From positions 63,860,001 to 63,924,000 of the forward strand of contig OZ024741.1 of NCBI GenBank assembly GCA_964016885.1: 64,000 nt of DNA, in the 5' to 3' direction. Below the pieces are notes generated by a model, which was given only the letters and a program-made list of their open reading frames with translations, was not told the DNA's origin and made no database searches. Origin of the DNA: Eledone cirrhosa. Its lineage: Eukaryota. Position 1 is the first letter of the stretch; every line of letters begins with the position of its first letter. The position numbers and the translations under genes are program-made. Positions 40,046 through 54,049 of the stretch are shown piece by piece.

Positions 40046-40514
40046 TATCGTTGGTATTTCTTCGCATTAAAGACTAGATACCTAAAATCAGTACGAGCGA
40101 TAACTAAATTAAGTTATTGGGACAGAGGAAAACAGAGGAAAGGAAACAAACAACATGGTAGTAATGCAACGTAAAGAGAGGAAAAGAGAGACAAGTTAAT
40201 GAATCTTGTGGGCTTAAGTCCGACAAATCAAATGACGAGAAGAAACAGACGCGTCCGAGCCACGAGAAAAGTGAGAGAGGAAAGAAATGCTGATTATCGT
40301 TGGTATATATTTATTTATTTAGGTTTGTTGGTTTACTACTGGATAGAACTGGTCATTACGCATGGTCAATCTCGATGTAATATTAGGGAGAGCACTCAAC
40401 GTAATGCAACTCATCCGTCTTTGTTTGTGTAGTTGGTGGTGCGAGTACGGAGTTAATTATTATAAAATGAAATAACAGGAGGCTGAATTGGTCTAGTTCC
40501 TTAAAAGGTTTATT

Positions 40515-40572
40515 ATACTATGATCATTTCAGTGACCGGGTTCAGTATGAATCCAGTGACATCATCAGGTAT
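40515..40572 (-). ncRNA. Type I hammerhead ribozyme, family G (truncated inverted copy 40711-40760 on plus)
   Basis: AUAC-CUGAUGA-long stem II-GAAA-UGAUCA-UA^GUAU; palindromic stem III AUGAUCAU. Base of stem II is imperfect. Confidence 0.72.
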
Positions 40573-40762
40573 TCGAAATATAACTAAGGAATATAATAGA
40601 CAAAATCCATGCGGCTGACCGGTATAGAAGCTGCTAAATGTCGGTCGCCTCATGTCTCTGAATTTCAGGACCATGGATTTTGTCTATTATATTCCTTTGA
40701 TATATTTCGAATACCTGATGATGTCACCGGATTCATACTGAACCCGGTCATTGAAATTATCA

Positions 40763-40858
<96 letters not shown>

Positions 40859-41117
40859 AAGGTAAACAGAAATAACAACACAATCGGAACAGTATATGGA
40901 AGGGATATATTAGGTTAACGCTTGCTTGATATAGTCCTTCATCAGAAGAAAGAATGAGAAATAAGGTAGATTGAGGAGACGGGCTGGTTGGAATTGGAAA
41001 AAATGTCTTTAGATAAAAATAACAGGTCCATTCATGTTGACATCTCTTATGTATGTATATATATATTGAGTGAGTGTGAAAGACCAAAGGTCATTATTGA
41101 AAATCGGTGGATTTCGC

Positions 41118-42225
41118 AAAATACATATTTTTTATTGGAGAAGGTAAGATATTTACCCGCAAAAATTTAATTGCATTCTTTTGTTTCCACTCGTGTATTT
41201 TTTTAAAATGATATTTACTCATTATAAAAATGAAATGATAGCATTCTATATGTAGGTGGGCCCCCTTCATCTGGCAACCAATATTTGTAGACCTAGTCCG
41301 GCACTGTGTATATATATATATATATATATATAATGCCAATCATTGTAAGTTTGAATCTAGCTGACATGCAAAAACATTTCTACAGGAATAAGGTAAGCCA
41401 AATCATAGTAGATTCAAATATCACAGAGATAAAGAAAGAGAAAGAGCGGGGGAGAAATGAGGTGGAACAGAAATGAAACATGGATTATAGGTTAAAATGT
41501 AGTCTAGATAGATGAGAAACAAAACGAGAATGTACTTTATGGAACACCCAAATGATTTAGAAGTCGGCCTTAAGTACGAGAACAACATTAAGAAAGACAT
41601 GAACGACACCACATCATTTTATTCTGAAAATTTTGAAAGTGCATTTATAAGTATGAATGTTCATAAGATGTTCGTAGTTGTCTCTGTGGCCTAGTGGTAG
41701 GTACTAGAGACGGTGGAGATTCTGACCTTGGGTTCAATCCTAGTCAAGAGGCACATGCAACCTTTTTTCAGTTTTTATTTTACCACACGTATAAAAAAAT
41801 GAAAACGTTTACTGGAGCCCTACTGCCGATCAGAATCGAACTTCAGACCAGGATTACCACCGTCTATGATTCCTCCAACTAGGCCACCGAGACAGCAACA
41901 AAGTTATAATTAAAATTGATTATTATAAACCTACTTTCAATATCAAAGTTAAAACTATGTGATGTCTGGTTTTCCTAGAGTTATTAGTAATATTTAGGTC
42001 GACTTCTGGTCGTTATTGAAAGTCTCTGGATTTTGTAAAATACATATATTTTATTGGAGAAGGTAAGATATTTTCCCGCAAAATTTTGATTACACTGTAT
42101 TGTTTCCACTTATGTATATTTCGAAAATGTTATTTATTCATTATAAAAATTAAATGATAGCATTCTATATGTAGGTGGGCACCCTTCATCTCCAGGCAAC
42201 CAACATTTTTAGACCCAGTTTGCTA
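41118..42225. repeat. Diverged direct repeats (41118-41300, 42037-42225) enclosing a degenerate palindrome
   Basis: AAAATACATAT..TTATTGGAGAAGGTAAGATAT..GTAGGTGGGC occurs twice. Confidence 0.75.
41680..41893. other. Two convergent tRNA-like Pol III units (41680-41752 plus, 41822-41893 minus)
   Basis: Each has an A box TGGCCTAGT(T)GG, a B box GTTC(A/G)AT(C/T)C and a downstream T-run. Anticodon arms are poor, so these are not called functional tRNAs. Confidence 0.65.
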
Positions 42226-42495
42226 CTGCTCACCGTCCATATATACATGCACACACACATGCACATACAGCCTTATACATATGTACATATACAAACATAC
42301 ATACACACTTGCACACATATATATGAATAACAAATACACTTCCACTCATATATGCATATACACCCTCCAATGATGTCAATATTAGCTCGAATTAGGGTGT
42401 ATTTATACACTAGAGAGTAATGAAAAATAGTAATTCCGATCATAGACAAATATAGACAGAGATATATACCTACATTCACACATAGATACAGCAAA

Positions 42496-42578
<83 letters not shown>

Positions 42579-42697
42579 TATATCTATAGTATATTTGGCA
42601 ATATACTGTCTGCTTAATTAAAAACATTTTGAAGACCATTCGCTATAAGTTTTAAAGTAGTGACTATGTCACTTACTTATTTTCTGCAAAAACAAAG

Positions 42698-42757
42698 GGA
42701 GAGTGATTGACAGTCTGTTTCTCGCTTGTTAGCGTTAATCAAGACCACACCCTCTCC
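42698..42757 (-). ncRNA. Type I HHR-like motif, core UUGAUUA (U3 variant), family I
   Basis: GUGGUC-UUGAUUA-aCGCU aaca AGCGa-GAAA-CAG a CUG-UC^(A/G)AUCAC. Inverted 3' half at 42931-42972, within fold-back 42585-43070. Confidence 0.6.
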
Positions 42758-43204
42758 TACCGCTGCCGGAAATTATAGAAGCTGGATTATTATAGAATTC
42801 CAGTAATATTTAAGAGCTGATTAAACAGAGCGATTGCCGTTCCAGCAAAAATTAGGTTTTAGCATTGGTGCTCTGAAATAGCAAGGCATACATGAACGTA
42901 TGTATACAGTATATTGCCAAATATACTATAAACGCTAACAAGCGAGAAACAGACTGTCGATCACTCTCCCTTTGTAAGTAAGTGACATAATAACTATTTT
43001 AAAGCTCATATCGAATGGTCTTCAAAATGTCTTTAATTAAACATACAGTATATTGCCAAATATACTATACATACCTTCATGTATACATCGCTATTTCAGA
43101 GCACCAATATTAATATATATATATATAACGAAGGAAATGTGGTAAGGAACCAGGTGGACCATAACGCACCAAAGTACTCAATACTTGGGGTAGTAGAGTG
43201 GGTA

Positions 43205-43326
43205 ATAGGAACCAGTAAGACCCCGACAGCTGAGCTCAAGCCGTTTCGACGGCTAATTCTGAATTAATCCAGAATTAGCCGTCGAAACGGCTTGAGCTCA
43301 GCTGTCGGGGTCTTACTGGTTCCTAT
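43205..43326. repeat. Near-perfect palindrome made of two HHR 3' halves
   Basis: Each arm reads GCCGTC-GAAA-CGGC..GCTG-TC-GGGGTC; same family at 58946-59060. Confidence 0.85.
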
Positions 43327-43379
43327 ATATATATATATATATATAGATATATATGTATGTATATATATATATATGTAAG

Positions 43380-43473
<94 letters not shown>

Positions 43474-43596
43474 AAAATGAGGGGTTTTTTTCACAAAATG
43501 AAAAAAAACCCAGATGTCTTACACGAGTGAATGTATAAGGGAAAAAAGATGAAATCGAAAATGCAATTGGAGTCTTTTTTATGAATATTTATTTGG

Positions 43597-43640
43597 TTCC
43601 TTTACCGGTTTCGCCGTTCTTGTGCTTTTCAAAATTAGAA
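43597..43640 (-). ncRNA. Minimal HHR-like motif with U3-A8 core UUGAAAA, family J
   Basis: UUCUaaUU-UUGAAAA-GC..GC-GAAA-CCGG-UA^AAGGAA; palindromic ACCGGU; stems I and II are short. Confidence 0.5.
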
Positions 43641-44487
43641 TTGAGATGGAGGGTTTGTGATTTTTCTCGCATCTGGTTGGTGCTCGAATGTTACTTGTTT
43701 TATATGGAAAAAAAGTGGCTCGAAATGCTAGGTCTTTAGAAAAGTTATTTGGTTGGTTGATGACTGTCATGTGAATAAGTATAATAAATTTCGCGCCAGT
43801 TCGCGTTACAAAGTTCTTATTATATTTGCCTTTAAAAAAAGAGAGGGGGAGGCTCAGATTGTTTTTTTCATATATGAGTGAAATTTAGTTGGTTGATGCA
43901 GTCACGTGAATAAGCACACCAACTTTCGTTCCAGTTTGTGTTTGAGTTTTTTTTTACTTAAAAAAGTGGTTAAAAACATTTTTTTTATAATGTAATTTGA
44001 TTGGTTATAAATGAAATTATGATTGTCACGTGAACAAGTATATTAAATTTCCCGCCCGTATTTGGGAATTTTTTTGTAGCCATTTAGAGAATTTTGTGCC
44101 AAACAAAAGATAATGGTAAAAAAGAAAGAGTGGGGAGAATTGTTCTGGTTCAGTGAGTATGGCTGACGTGCTGAGCTGTCAAAATTTAGACTTTCTATTG
44201 AAATAAAGAAAGTAGAGATATGTATTTTTATTTGTGAGTTGATGCGTGTGTGTTGGAAAATTATTCTATTAGTAGAAATGGGGGAGGGAGTTATATGTGT
44301 GTGTGTATGGGTGTTATGTGTGTGTATGTGTGTGGGAGTATGGTTAGCATGTTAAGATGGAGAGAATATATATTTGTGTGTGTGTAGGAAAATGATTCTG
44401 TTAGTAGAACTGGGGGAGGGAGTTATGCGTGTGTGTGGGGGGGGGGTATAGTTAGCATGTTAAGGTGTTAGAGTATTAACGTATGTT

Positions 44488-44535
<48 letters not shown>

Positions 44536-44565
44536 AAATACGAAAACGACGTATATGTATATATA

Positions 44566-45064
44566 CAGGGTGATTGAAAAGTAACTCCCTATTGAATGCC
44601 GAATGATACCTCACCATGCTGCAAGATGAAATCTGGCCAGTTATCAGTACTTGGGAGAATATTGAAGATTTGATTGTGCTATTGTTGTTCGTGAATGGCT
44701 GAACGCCCATTTCCCGGGAGATGGATGGGTCGGCGTGGTCCGGATGAGTGGCCAGCCAGACTTAACACCCTGCGACTTCTTTCTTTGCGGTTGGTTAAAG
44801 GAGCAAGTCTACTCTACCAAACCAAACCAACGACTTTGAAAGAACTGGAAAGGCGAATACGCGAAGTTATGTCTTCCATCCCACAAGCGTTCCTGGTGAA
44901 ATCAGTTGATGCGGTTCCCGGACGGGTTGAGAAGCTGATGGTGAATGCTGGTGCCCATACCGAATTTTAAATAAATTCTTCTCATATTCAATTCTTGTAA
45001 AAGTTATTGTTAATTAATAAATTATAAGAACTTTATATTACGGGGTTACTTTTCAATCACCCTG
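44566..45064 (+). mobile_element. Tc1/mariner-superfamily deletion derivative
   Basis: TIRs CAGGGTGATTGAAAAGTAAC, TA flanks; FPGRWMGRRGPDEWPAR and (other frame) LTPCDFF, then KPTTLKELERRI. Confidence 0.88.
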
Positions 45065-45065
45065 T

Positions 45066-45137
<72 letters not shown>

Positions 45138-45282
45138 CAGAGTTATTAACTCATATTGATACCCTGCAATTAAATATATAATTAAATATATAATTAAATA
45201 TATAAAACATTTGTGGCATTCTCTACCCTCGTAATTTTAGACACGGAATTTACTGTGTTTATTTCTACATATATTATTATAT

Positions 45283-45455
45283 AATTGTTTCTACTTTAGG
45301 CACAAGGCCAGCATTACTGGTGCTTTATTTTATCGAACCCCGTAAGGATGAAGGGCAAAGTCAACCTCGGCGGGATTTGAACTCAGATCGTAAAGGGACG
45401 TAACTATGCTGGAAAGCCTGGCGTCCGACCCTCTACCTAAACTGCCAATCCACCC
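45283..45455 (-). mobile_element. SINE family 1
   Basis: Family match. Confidence 0.87.
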
Positions 45456-45859
45456 CGTGGGTTGCACGCTATACGTGAGTGGATATGCTAGAAATAATAG
45501 CCTTATTACACTCAACTTATAAGCTCACTTAGTTAGGGAGCCGATTACAAATAAAATACAGAGTTATTAACTCATATAGATACCCTGTAATTAACAAGCT
45601 CAAAGTATAAATACTGAGCATTATATTATTATATAATGCTCAGTATTTATACTTTGATCTTGTTAATTACAGGGTATCAATATGAGTTAATAACTCTGTA
45701 TTTTATTTTTAATCGGCTCCCTAACTAGGTGAGCTTATAAGTTGAGTGTAATATGGCTATTATTTCTAGCATATCCACTCACGTATAGCGTGCAACCCAC
45801 GAGGTGTATTATTTACTCCTGTGAGTTGTTGTTAGATGTGTTTTGTTTCATTTGATCTT

Positions 45860-45946
45860 ATCTCTCGCTGAGGAAAGCCTACGGATTATGTTACAAACGC
45901 TATTTTCAGGGCAAAACAGATTAAATCTCTAATCTGTCCGAGAGAT
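45860..45946 (+). ncRNA. Family D hammerhead, probably inactive (GAAA to AAAA)
   Basis: AUCUCUCG-CUGAGGA-..-AAAA-CAGAUUA..UAAUCUG-UC-CGAGAGAU; adjacent fold-back at about 45455-45805. Confidence 0.75.
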
Positions 45947-46134
45947 GAAATGGTTATTGATACGGTCTGTATATAATTTTATATCCTACTGTATGTTTCA
46001 GGTTAAATATATAAAACATTTGTGGCATTCTCTACCCTCGTAATTTTAGACACGGAATTTACTGTGTTTATTTCTACGTATGGGATAATTGCTGGCCTTG
46101 TGCCAAAAGTAGAAACAATTATATATATATATAT

Positions 46135-46888
46135 ATATAAGTATGTATACGTACATACATATATGTATACAGACGTACAGTAGTATGTATATATATATAC
46201 ATACATGCACACATATATTTATGTACGTATGGATTCACCGAACATTTATTATAACGCTCGGTGTGTTTGTAAACAAACATCCCGAATTAAGCCGTACAGT
46301 GTCTAGCAACCATCGTTGCTCATTTGTTCATCACTGACAAAGGAACGCTGTACTAGTTTCAAACTTATTAGCTATCGTCAGCAACGTATACCTTTTGCCA
46401 GATGGTTGAACGTCTGACAGTATATACTTTCCTTATGCATATTAACGGCTGAGCAGCCTAATTTGCATATCGAGTGAGTTAATCGGCCGGAGTACCGAAA
46501 ACGATAAACGGAAAAAATGAAACGAAATTTCATTTCTCACTCTTAGTACGGCTGTTATTTAAACATAAGTATGTATACGTACATACATATATGTATACAG
46601 ACGTACAGTAGTATGTATATATATATATATAAATACATGCACACATATATATATGTACGTATGGATTCACCGAACATTTATTATAATGCTCGGTGTGTTT
46701 GTAAACAAACATCCCAAAGTAAGCCGTACAGTGTCTAGCAACCAACTTTACTCATTTGTTCAACACTGACAAAGGAACGCTGTACTAGTTTCAAGATTAT
46801 TAGCTATCGTCAGCAACCTATACCTTCCTGCCAGATGGTTGAACGTCTGAAAGTATATACTTTCCTTATGCATATTAACGGCTGAGCA
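46135..46888 (-). repeat. About 1.75 tandem family A units forming the pLTR of the adjacent Naiad (HHRs at 46345-46387 and 46777-46819)
   Basis: Same unit as the 3425 array; begins about 10 nt after the Naiad stop codon. Confidence 0.9.
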
Positions 46889-46897
46889 CCCGAGTCG

Positions 46898-47900
46898 TTA
46901 TGGGGGTTTGAGGGCGAGGTAAGTCCCACGCAATCTGTGTATGCATGCGGTTACCAGTTCCTCTTTCTTCTTTAGGAGTTCGTCCTTCGAAAACAGCATT
47001 TGTAATGTTTCCTCCGAGCATAAGTTACACGGACGGCGTCCTCCCGTGTAAGAGTTAGCTTTGGACAGTAAGCTCCAAGTGAGATTGTAGGTTATATTAT
47101 TACCTTGGAGGTCCCAGATGTGGCCCGAAATGTAGTGGCATGTCGCCGGACCGGGTTTCGGAAAGTATGTCGGTGTTGGTAGAGCCGGGTCTTGAAGTCA
47201 CACGCGGTTAATCCTATATAAGCTTTGTTGGAGGTGTCCGTCCTCACGTTGCACTGGTAGATCACGTTACGTTCTCGGCATTTGTTGTTGAGGGGCACGT
47301 AGATCTATCAGGGCAGTTACACCTCCTGGTCGGCTCTCCACTGATGTCTAGGTTATTTCTTCCATAGGAGTTGAGTTTTTTGTTGTTTGAGGAGACGATG
47401 TTTTGTGCGAAGTTAGGTGTGGTGCTGTAGGAGAGTTTGATGGTGTTTTTGTTGATTATGTTGTAGTAGCGGTGGTGTAGTGGGAAGTGTTTTTCGAGAA
47501 GTCTAAAGAAGATTTTCCCGATAGGTGTTGCCACCTCGGCATTATGGGGAGGATTGAACCACGTTACGTTGCGTGAACGGCGGTGTCGCTTGCTGGATCC
47601 GCTAAGGGAAGCTGGATAAAAGGATATTTCCTCCCGGAAGCCACTCCGCTTGAGGGCCTGGTTGTAATGAGGCGCGCGTTCGTCGAATATCTGCTCATTA
47701 GCGGACAAACGAGATAAGCGGAGGGAAATGTTTTTAACCAGGTTATTTGTGATGTTTCTAGGATGGTTTGAGCGGCGGTGGATGTAGTGTAGGTTGCCGT
47801 TTGGTTTCCTGTATGGGTAGTACAGATCATTTTCGAGGTTAAGTGTAACGTCCAGAAAATTGACTCGGGTTAGGGACGTTTGTATGGTGATTTTAAACGT
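46898..47900 (-). pseudogene. Naiad-type PLE thumb + GIY-YIG, 5'-truncated, two frameshifts
   Basis: VNFLDVTLNL..YRKPN..SNHP; WFNPPH; CNCPDRSTCP; VIY..AYIG; C-terminus HIWDLQ..RPCNLCSEE..ACIHRLRGTYLALKPP* with stop at 46898-46900. Confidence 0.9.
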
Positions 47901-48128
47901 ATATATATATATATACGTATATATATATATATATATACGTGTGTAGGTACATATGTACATATACACGTAAAAATATAGTGTTGTGTGTGTGTGTATGTCT
48001 CTTTGTGAAGAGGTGTGTGTATTCGAACGCACATATAAATATAAGATTTGCTTTATGAGATTTCAGGAAATTAATACCGTGAATATATTTATATATATCA
48101 TATATAATTTATAATATATAATACATTT

Positions 48129-48505
<377 letters not shown>

Positions 48506-49064
48506 CATCTGTATATAGTAGTTGACGTCAAAGAGAGAGAGAGAGAGGTTACTATATTATTGCTAGCATTAAGAAGCTGATCTCATTTCCGTGCAGCTAT
48601 ATCTTGAGAAACATGATAAATGTAATGTTGAGACATTCATCACTTTCTCTTAGAAATCAAAATCACTTGATATGTTTGCATTACTGGAAAGGCATGGGAC
48701 ATGTAACGAAGAGGTTCGCTTGACAAATAGTTGATTATGGGCTGAATTCCAGATACTTTACACTTTGGGTAGGTGTCCTTTTCAATAAACTCATGTCAAC
48801 GAAGCTTTGTAAGTGAATTTGGGTAGATATAGACGCATATATATATGGAATGCATTCTTGGGGGATAAACTTAATCCCTCTGAAAGTTGGCTAGCTTTAC
48901 TTACACTGCTCCAAGCATCCCGGATTCCACTTCTGGTTTCTCTATATCTTTTACAATTGGTTCAAGTTGATTGGATGTCATTCTCCTGGCCAACGTCTTT
49001 AGAGTTTATGTAACGACAGTGATTAACTTCAAAATATTAATACGAGTTTCACTAGTAACCTGTG

Positions 49065-49234
<170 letters not shown>

Positions 49235-49430
49235 GGATACTATTTATGGTTATGTATATATTAAAACTTTTTATAGTCATGTATATTTTAAACCCTAAAC
49301 AGTGAAGGTCAATAATTTATTACTACTTTATTACCAGTAAGATAAATAGCTCAATGTAATAACATAAGTTGTTCTACAGAGCAGTTATATAGAATTCACA
49401 AGAATCAAAGCTATGTTCAAAGCATTTATT

Positions 49431-49477
49431 CACTTACAATTGTTTCATCCAAACCTAGGCTGGGAGTCTTCGGAGCA
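49431..49477 (-). ncRNA. Degenerate HHR (core CCGAAGA), family K
   Basis: UGCU-CCGAAGA-cUCC..GGAu-GAAA-CAAUUG-UA^AGUG; lies downstream of the decayed PLE at 51 kb. Confidence 0.5.
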
Positions 49478-50974
49478 CTTTTCAATGTTTGTACACATAA
49501 TTGACCTCCTTTCCAACGCAAGAGACATACAGATACATATATATATATATTGATGTACAATGGAGTGGCATATATTATACTATACTATTTTTGTACAGCA
49601 ATTCAAATTCAAAATCAAAATCAAAATCAAAATTAAAATTAAAATACATTCGGCAGATAACACAGATAATGCAAGAGGATAGTTTGATAGTCAGGTCTAG
49701 TAGGTTGTGTATGCGTTAGTTACACGTGGAGCATGCAAGTGTGTCTCATTCTTATACTATTATTGTGTGGAAGGGTGGTACACGTAATGCAAGCACTTTA
49801 AGCGGGAAAGCAAGATTATTATGGTGGTTGTAGTGGTAAGGTATTTTTTGTATAGAACAGAAAAGTATGTGTGCAGAAAAATAAAAATAAAAAGAAGAAA
49901 CAAAAGAAAGTTATGGTTTTCGTATCCACCATCATTTTCACCATCAGAAAAAGTAAGTTATCGTTTCTACATCCATCACATAAGTAACGATGATTCCGTA
50001 TTGAATGTTTGATGCATTAAAATAAATTATTTTAGCGTATTGAGGCTCAGTGTTATTTAATCCAAGTTTATAGAATAGGTTGATTCTGCTGCGAGAATTT
50101 ACAGAGATTTATTACCCGGAAGTATGTGTGTAATTAAGGGGAGTTAATGCGTAAGGGGAGGTAACTAGTCGAATCTCATAACTAAATTCATTGTTCTAAC
50201 ATACATTATAAGGCGCCTCAATTGAGTCCCTTATATAGACGGTTATACATTTATATCTAGTTTCCAATTTTAAATACAGTCTACTCTATCATGATGTACT
50301 AAAGGTATCTATATTAAGTTGATTACTCCCTATTATACAGTGCTACAATTGAATATTCCATACAAAGTACCATACCTTTATATCAAAGTTCACTGTAAAT
50401 GCAGTCTACTCTCAGAACATATCAGGGGACCTATTAGAATTTTGTCTACATAACCCCCGGCAAGTTATGGAGCAGCGTATGGCTGTTTGCATGGCAAAAC
50501 AAAATACATCTCTAGGGCAGACAAATACATCCCCCATTTAGAATGTCATTAATCTATCCATCAAGTTATACTTGCATATATAATTCATATATAATTCATA
50601 CATAATTCATTGCAGCACCCTACATATAAGTTAGACAGATCTCTTATGTTAATAAATTAATCTTATATATATCCAATGTTATCACTCCATAAATTTAATT
50701 ACAAATGCATAAATAATTCATTGCCGTATCTAGTATTTAAAGTTTATATAGACTGTATTGTATCATTATATAATTATAAGTAATTGAAAGTAGTTATATT
50801 AAAAGTAGGTGTTTATGGGGATATTTCTAGGGTATAAAGTTATAGATAGATGGAATGATTTGTGTCGAGATAGGGTGGATCAGAGAGTGTGGAGTTGTGG
50901 TGTAAGGTGTGCCCTTGAGGTGTGGAGTTAGAAGTGGTGATGGGTTCAAGTCCGACATTGTTATATATTGGGTT

Positions 50975-51400
50975 TAAAGTTTTGGAAGGAGTGCTGGCAC
51001 GACGCAAACACTTCCGATTTTTTTTTATTAAGGAGGTTATGGTTTGAGAAGATTATAGTATGGGTCCCTAGTAGACAGAGGTTACAGAATTTATTAGGTG
51101 GTTTGTACGATACCGCCTTACCTATCACTTCCCATTGAAGTGTATAAAATCTATTTCTAGTTTTTAGATAGTGTATGATAGGTTTATAGTGAAGTGGAGT
51201 TGGCTAGACTGTGTTTTTTGAAAGAATGGAGGTGTGAATTGTATCTGGTTTTGAAGCAGTTCGAAGTAGAGCCTATATAGGTTTCAGAAGAGTTGCTAGT
51301 TCTGACGGTGCATGAGTATATGATGTCCTTGATTAAGCAGTTTTTATCTGAAGGGCAGGTTCTATTAGATCTACAGTTACAATTATTTTGGATGTTAACC
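50975..51400 (-). pseudogene. Decayed Naiad-type GIY-YIG region
   Basis: Minus strand translates [67 protein letters not shown], with stops. Confidence 0.82.
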
Positions 51401-51705
51401 TGCCGGTTATTATGTTGTATAGAAGTCTGGTTGCTAGGTATTGCATTATGGCTATGGGGGTAGTCGCTCCTAGCGTTATTGCTTTCACTAGTGCTATTAT
51501 TATTATTACTATTGATATTAGGGTTTGCAGGTATTACGTTGTTTTGAAGGTTTACCCCCTGCTGTGTTTTAGTTTGTTGGAAGTAAGTATTAATTTTTCT
51601 TTTATTGCTACTAGCTATGTGGTATGCTATGTTAGGCGTGATAGAGTAGGAGATTTTAATGGGGTTTTTATTTATAAGACTATATATATATATAAATATA
51701 TATAA

Positions 51706-51806
<101 letters not shown>

Positions 51807-54049
51807 TAAACGTAAGAGTGTTCCTTTCTTGTTAACAAAGGTCAACATTAAAACGTCTTTTCAAGTTCGTAGGTGATTTATGTGAGATTACTTCACCCAC
51901 ATGGAAAACTGCATTAGGTTCCGGCTTTTTGTATACTCTTAAGTTCTTGCCAATTAACATGCATATCATTGATTTCCCTGGGGGAAGCACAGTCCTATAA
52001 TTAATGAGAACTGTACTCAATCATGTGAGATTCTGGCATGTAGTAGTCAAGTAATTGACTTTTAACTCAGACAAACATGTTTAGATTGCATGCTTGATTG
52101 ATTTATAGATACATTATTTATAATGTGAAATATAATTTTCTATATGTTAGCCAAACACCACTTTATATTAGTCAATATTGAAGCATATATGTGGTCTCTT
52201 ATCTTGCTAAAAATAGTAGTCATATATTCTTCAAATTACTCTCCGCTGTTTTTAAATGTGGAAAATACTGGATAATGTGGTCTAGGAAGTACTCTACATA
52301 AAAAGAAAGGGCTGATCACAGTTTGAATAACTTTGACCATAGGTTTAGACAATCATGACTAATATGGACATAACAACCCACCAATACAACCAATAACAAA
52401 AACCTTACGAGAACATCTGAGCCATAGTTCGGTCTTACGTGTATAGCAAGCAAACTTTCATTTAATGACAACCTACAATCTTCTTTAAAGAGGAGACTTT
52501 GGATGATATATGCCAAGATACTCTGTGTCTGAGTAAAAGGCGAGATAGTCAATACTGGAGTGTCTTTGAACATAGGTAATGACGTTCAGCTAAACAACAA
52601 TAAGTTTACCACTACCACGATCATCAAACTAACACCACAACCAACAACAATACCGCCTTCATATTTCAAATAGTTACAGGACTTCTAATGATCGAACAAA
52701 CATTTATAAGAGTTTTGTAAGAATTGCCTAGATTTCTTCCATTTATTGAATATTTCTCAGTCTTCTTTGAAACTAACGAAATTCTCATTATTGCTATAGA
52801 GTAAATAAAATTACAGGTAAGATGTTTGAATCCCACAGAGATCGTTAGAAAAGAAACAAATGGTAAATCAGTGGTATCTCTATTGTGTAGATAATGGAAA
52901 TAAAATAGACAATAATAACATTAACTAACAGTTTCCGTTCTGTCTACTGTTTAAATGATTCCTTTTGTATGAAAGTTGTAAAGATTTTCTGAGATCAACA
53001 CCTGATAAACTGACACAGTGAATGCGGTCCAGAATTCACAGCTAAAGCCAATTTATTTCATAATTTTCTTTAATGAGAGTGCATCTAACTGAGTCGATAG
53101 AATAATGGACCAGCGAACCTGATGAACAGGTGTTTGTTTCATATGACAGTAACTGGTCAATGTATATAAGAAAGAGACTTCCCTTCCAATGAATGAACTC
53201 CCCTAGTTCTAAGTGATGACAAGTCATCAAAAGTCAGCTTTGTCGGAATTGACAAGTTTGGAGCCTGAGGGCTAAACAACACTAACAGCGGTAAAATGAA
53301 TGCACTGATGTCGAGATGCAAATCATTGACACCTCGGTTGTTTTTCAGTGTTCTTAATGAGGATTTCTAACTCACACACAAGATCAGACCTAGGGAAGGA
53401 GCGGGGCATTTAAATGGATAGTTGTTTCTAACTGATATTTTATTATATCGATAACGGAAGAATATAAGGTAAAGATGACTCGAGCGAAATTTGAATTCAG
53501 ACTTGAAATATATTCCGAAAAGATATTTCCCGACGCTCTACCGATTCTGCCACTCTACGGTCATTCGTTTTCTTGATAAAAATAATATTTCAATTTCTTT
53601 TTTTTTTTTAATAGAAAAGTGTACATTGAATTAATATTTGGTTATAAACACGTGCTTGTACAAAGTTCCCATTTTCTAGTGTGATAACAAGGTTTAGGAG
53701 ATCAGCAAATTATCCTTTTTACCTTGTGAGAATGAATCTCTCTTCAGGGAGAAGAGCTCCAGACGAATTCCTGTTAGCAGGCACGGAGGGGGACTTCTTA
53801 TTATGAAGTCGATGGATGGTCTGCCAGAATACTTTATTTGCTTTAGGTAGTCACAGATTGCAGATAACTAGATGGTAATCAGTTAAGAGCTCAACCCCTC
53901 AATTCACACAAACATCTATCACAGAATCGAAGAGATCAGAGACAATAACAAAATCAATTACTGTCCCCGATTTCCCCATAACCATATATATATGGATGCC
54001 TTTGTACTGGAAAAAAGAAGTTCATAATAGTGAGCCCATTACAGGTCTT

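Noticed and set aside
40880-40950. CUGAUGA on minus (similar partial cases at 50225-50430 and 53715-53755)
   Set aside because: GAAA or the core is missing or too degenerate to support an HHR call.
41680-41752. Functional tRNA gene
   Set aside because: Anticodon and D arms do not form a proper cloverleaf; kept only as tRNA-like.
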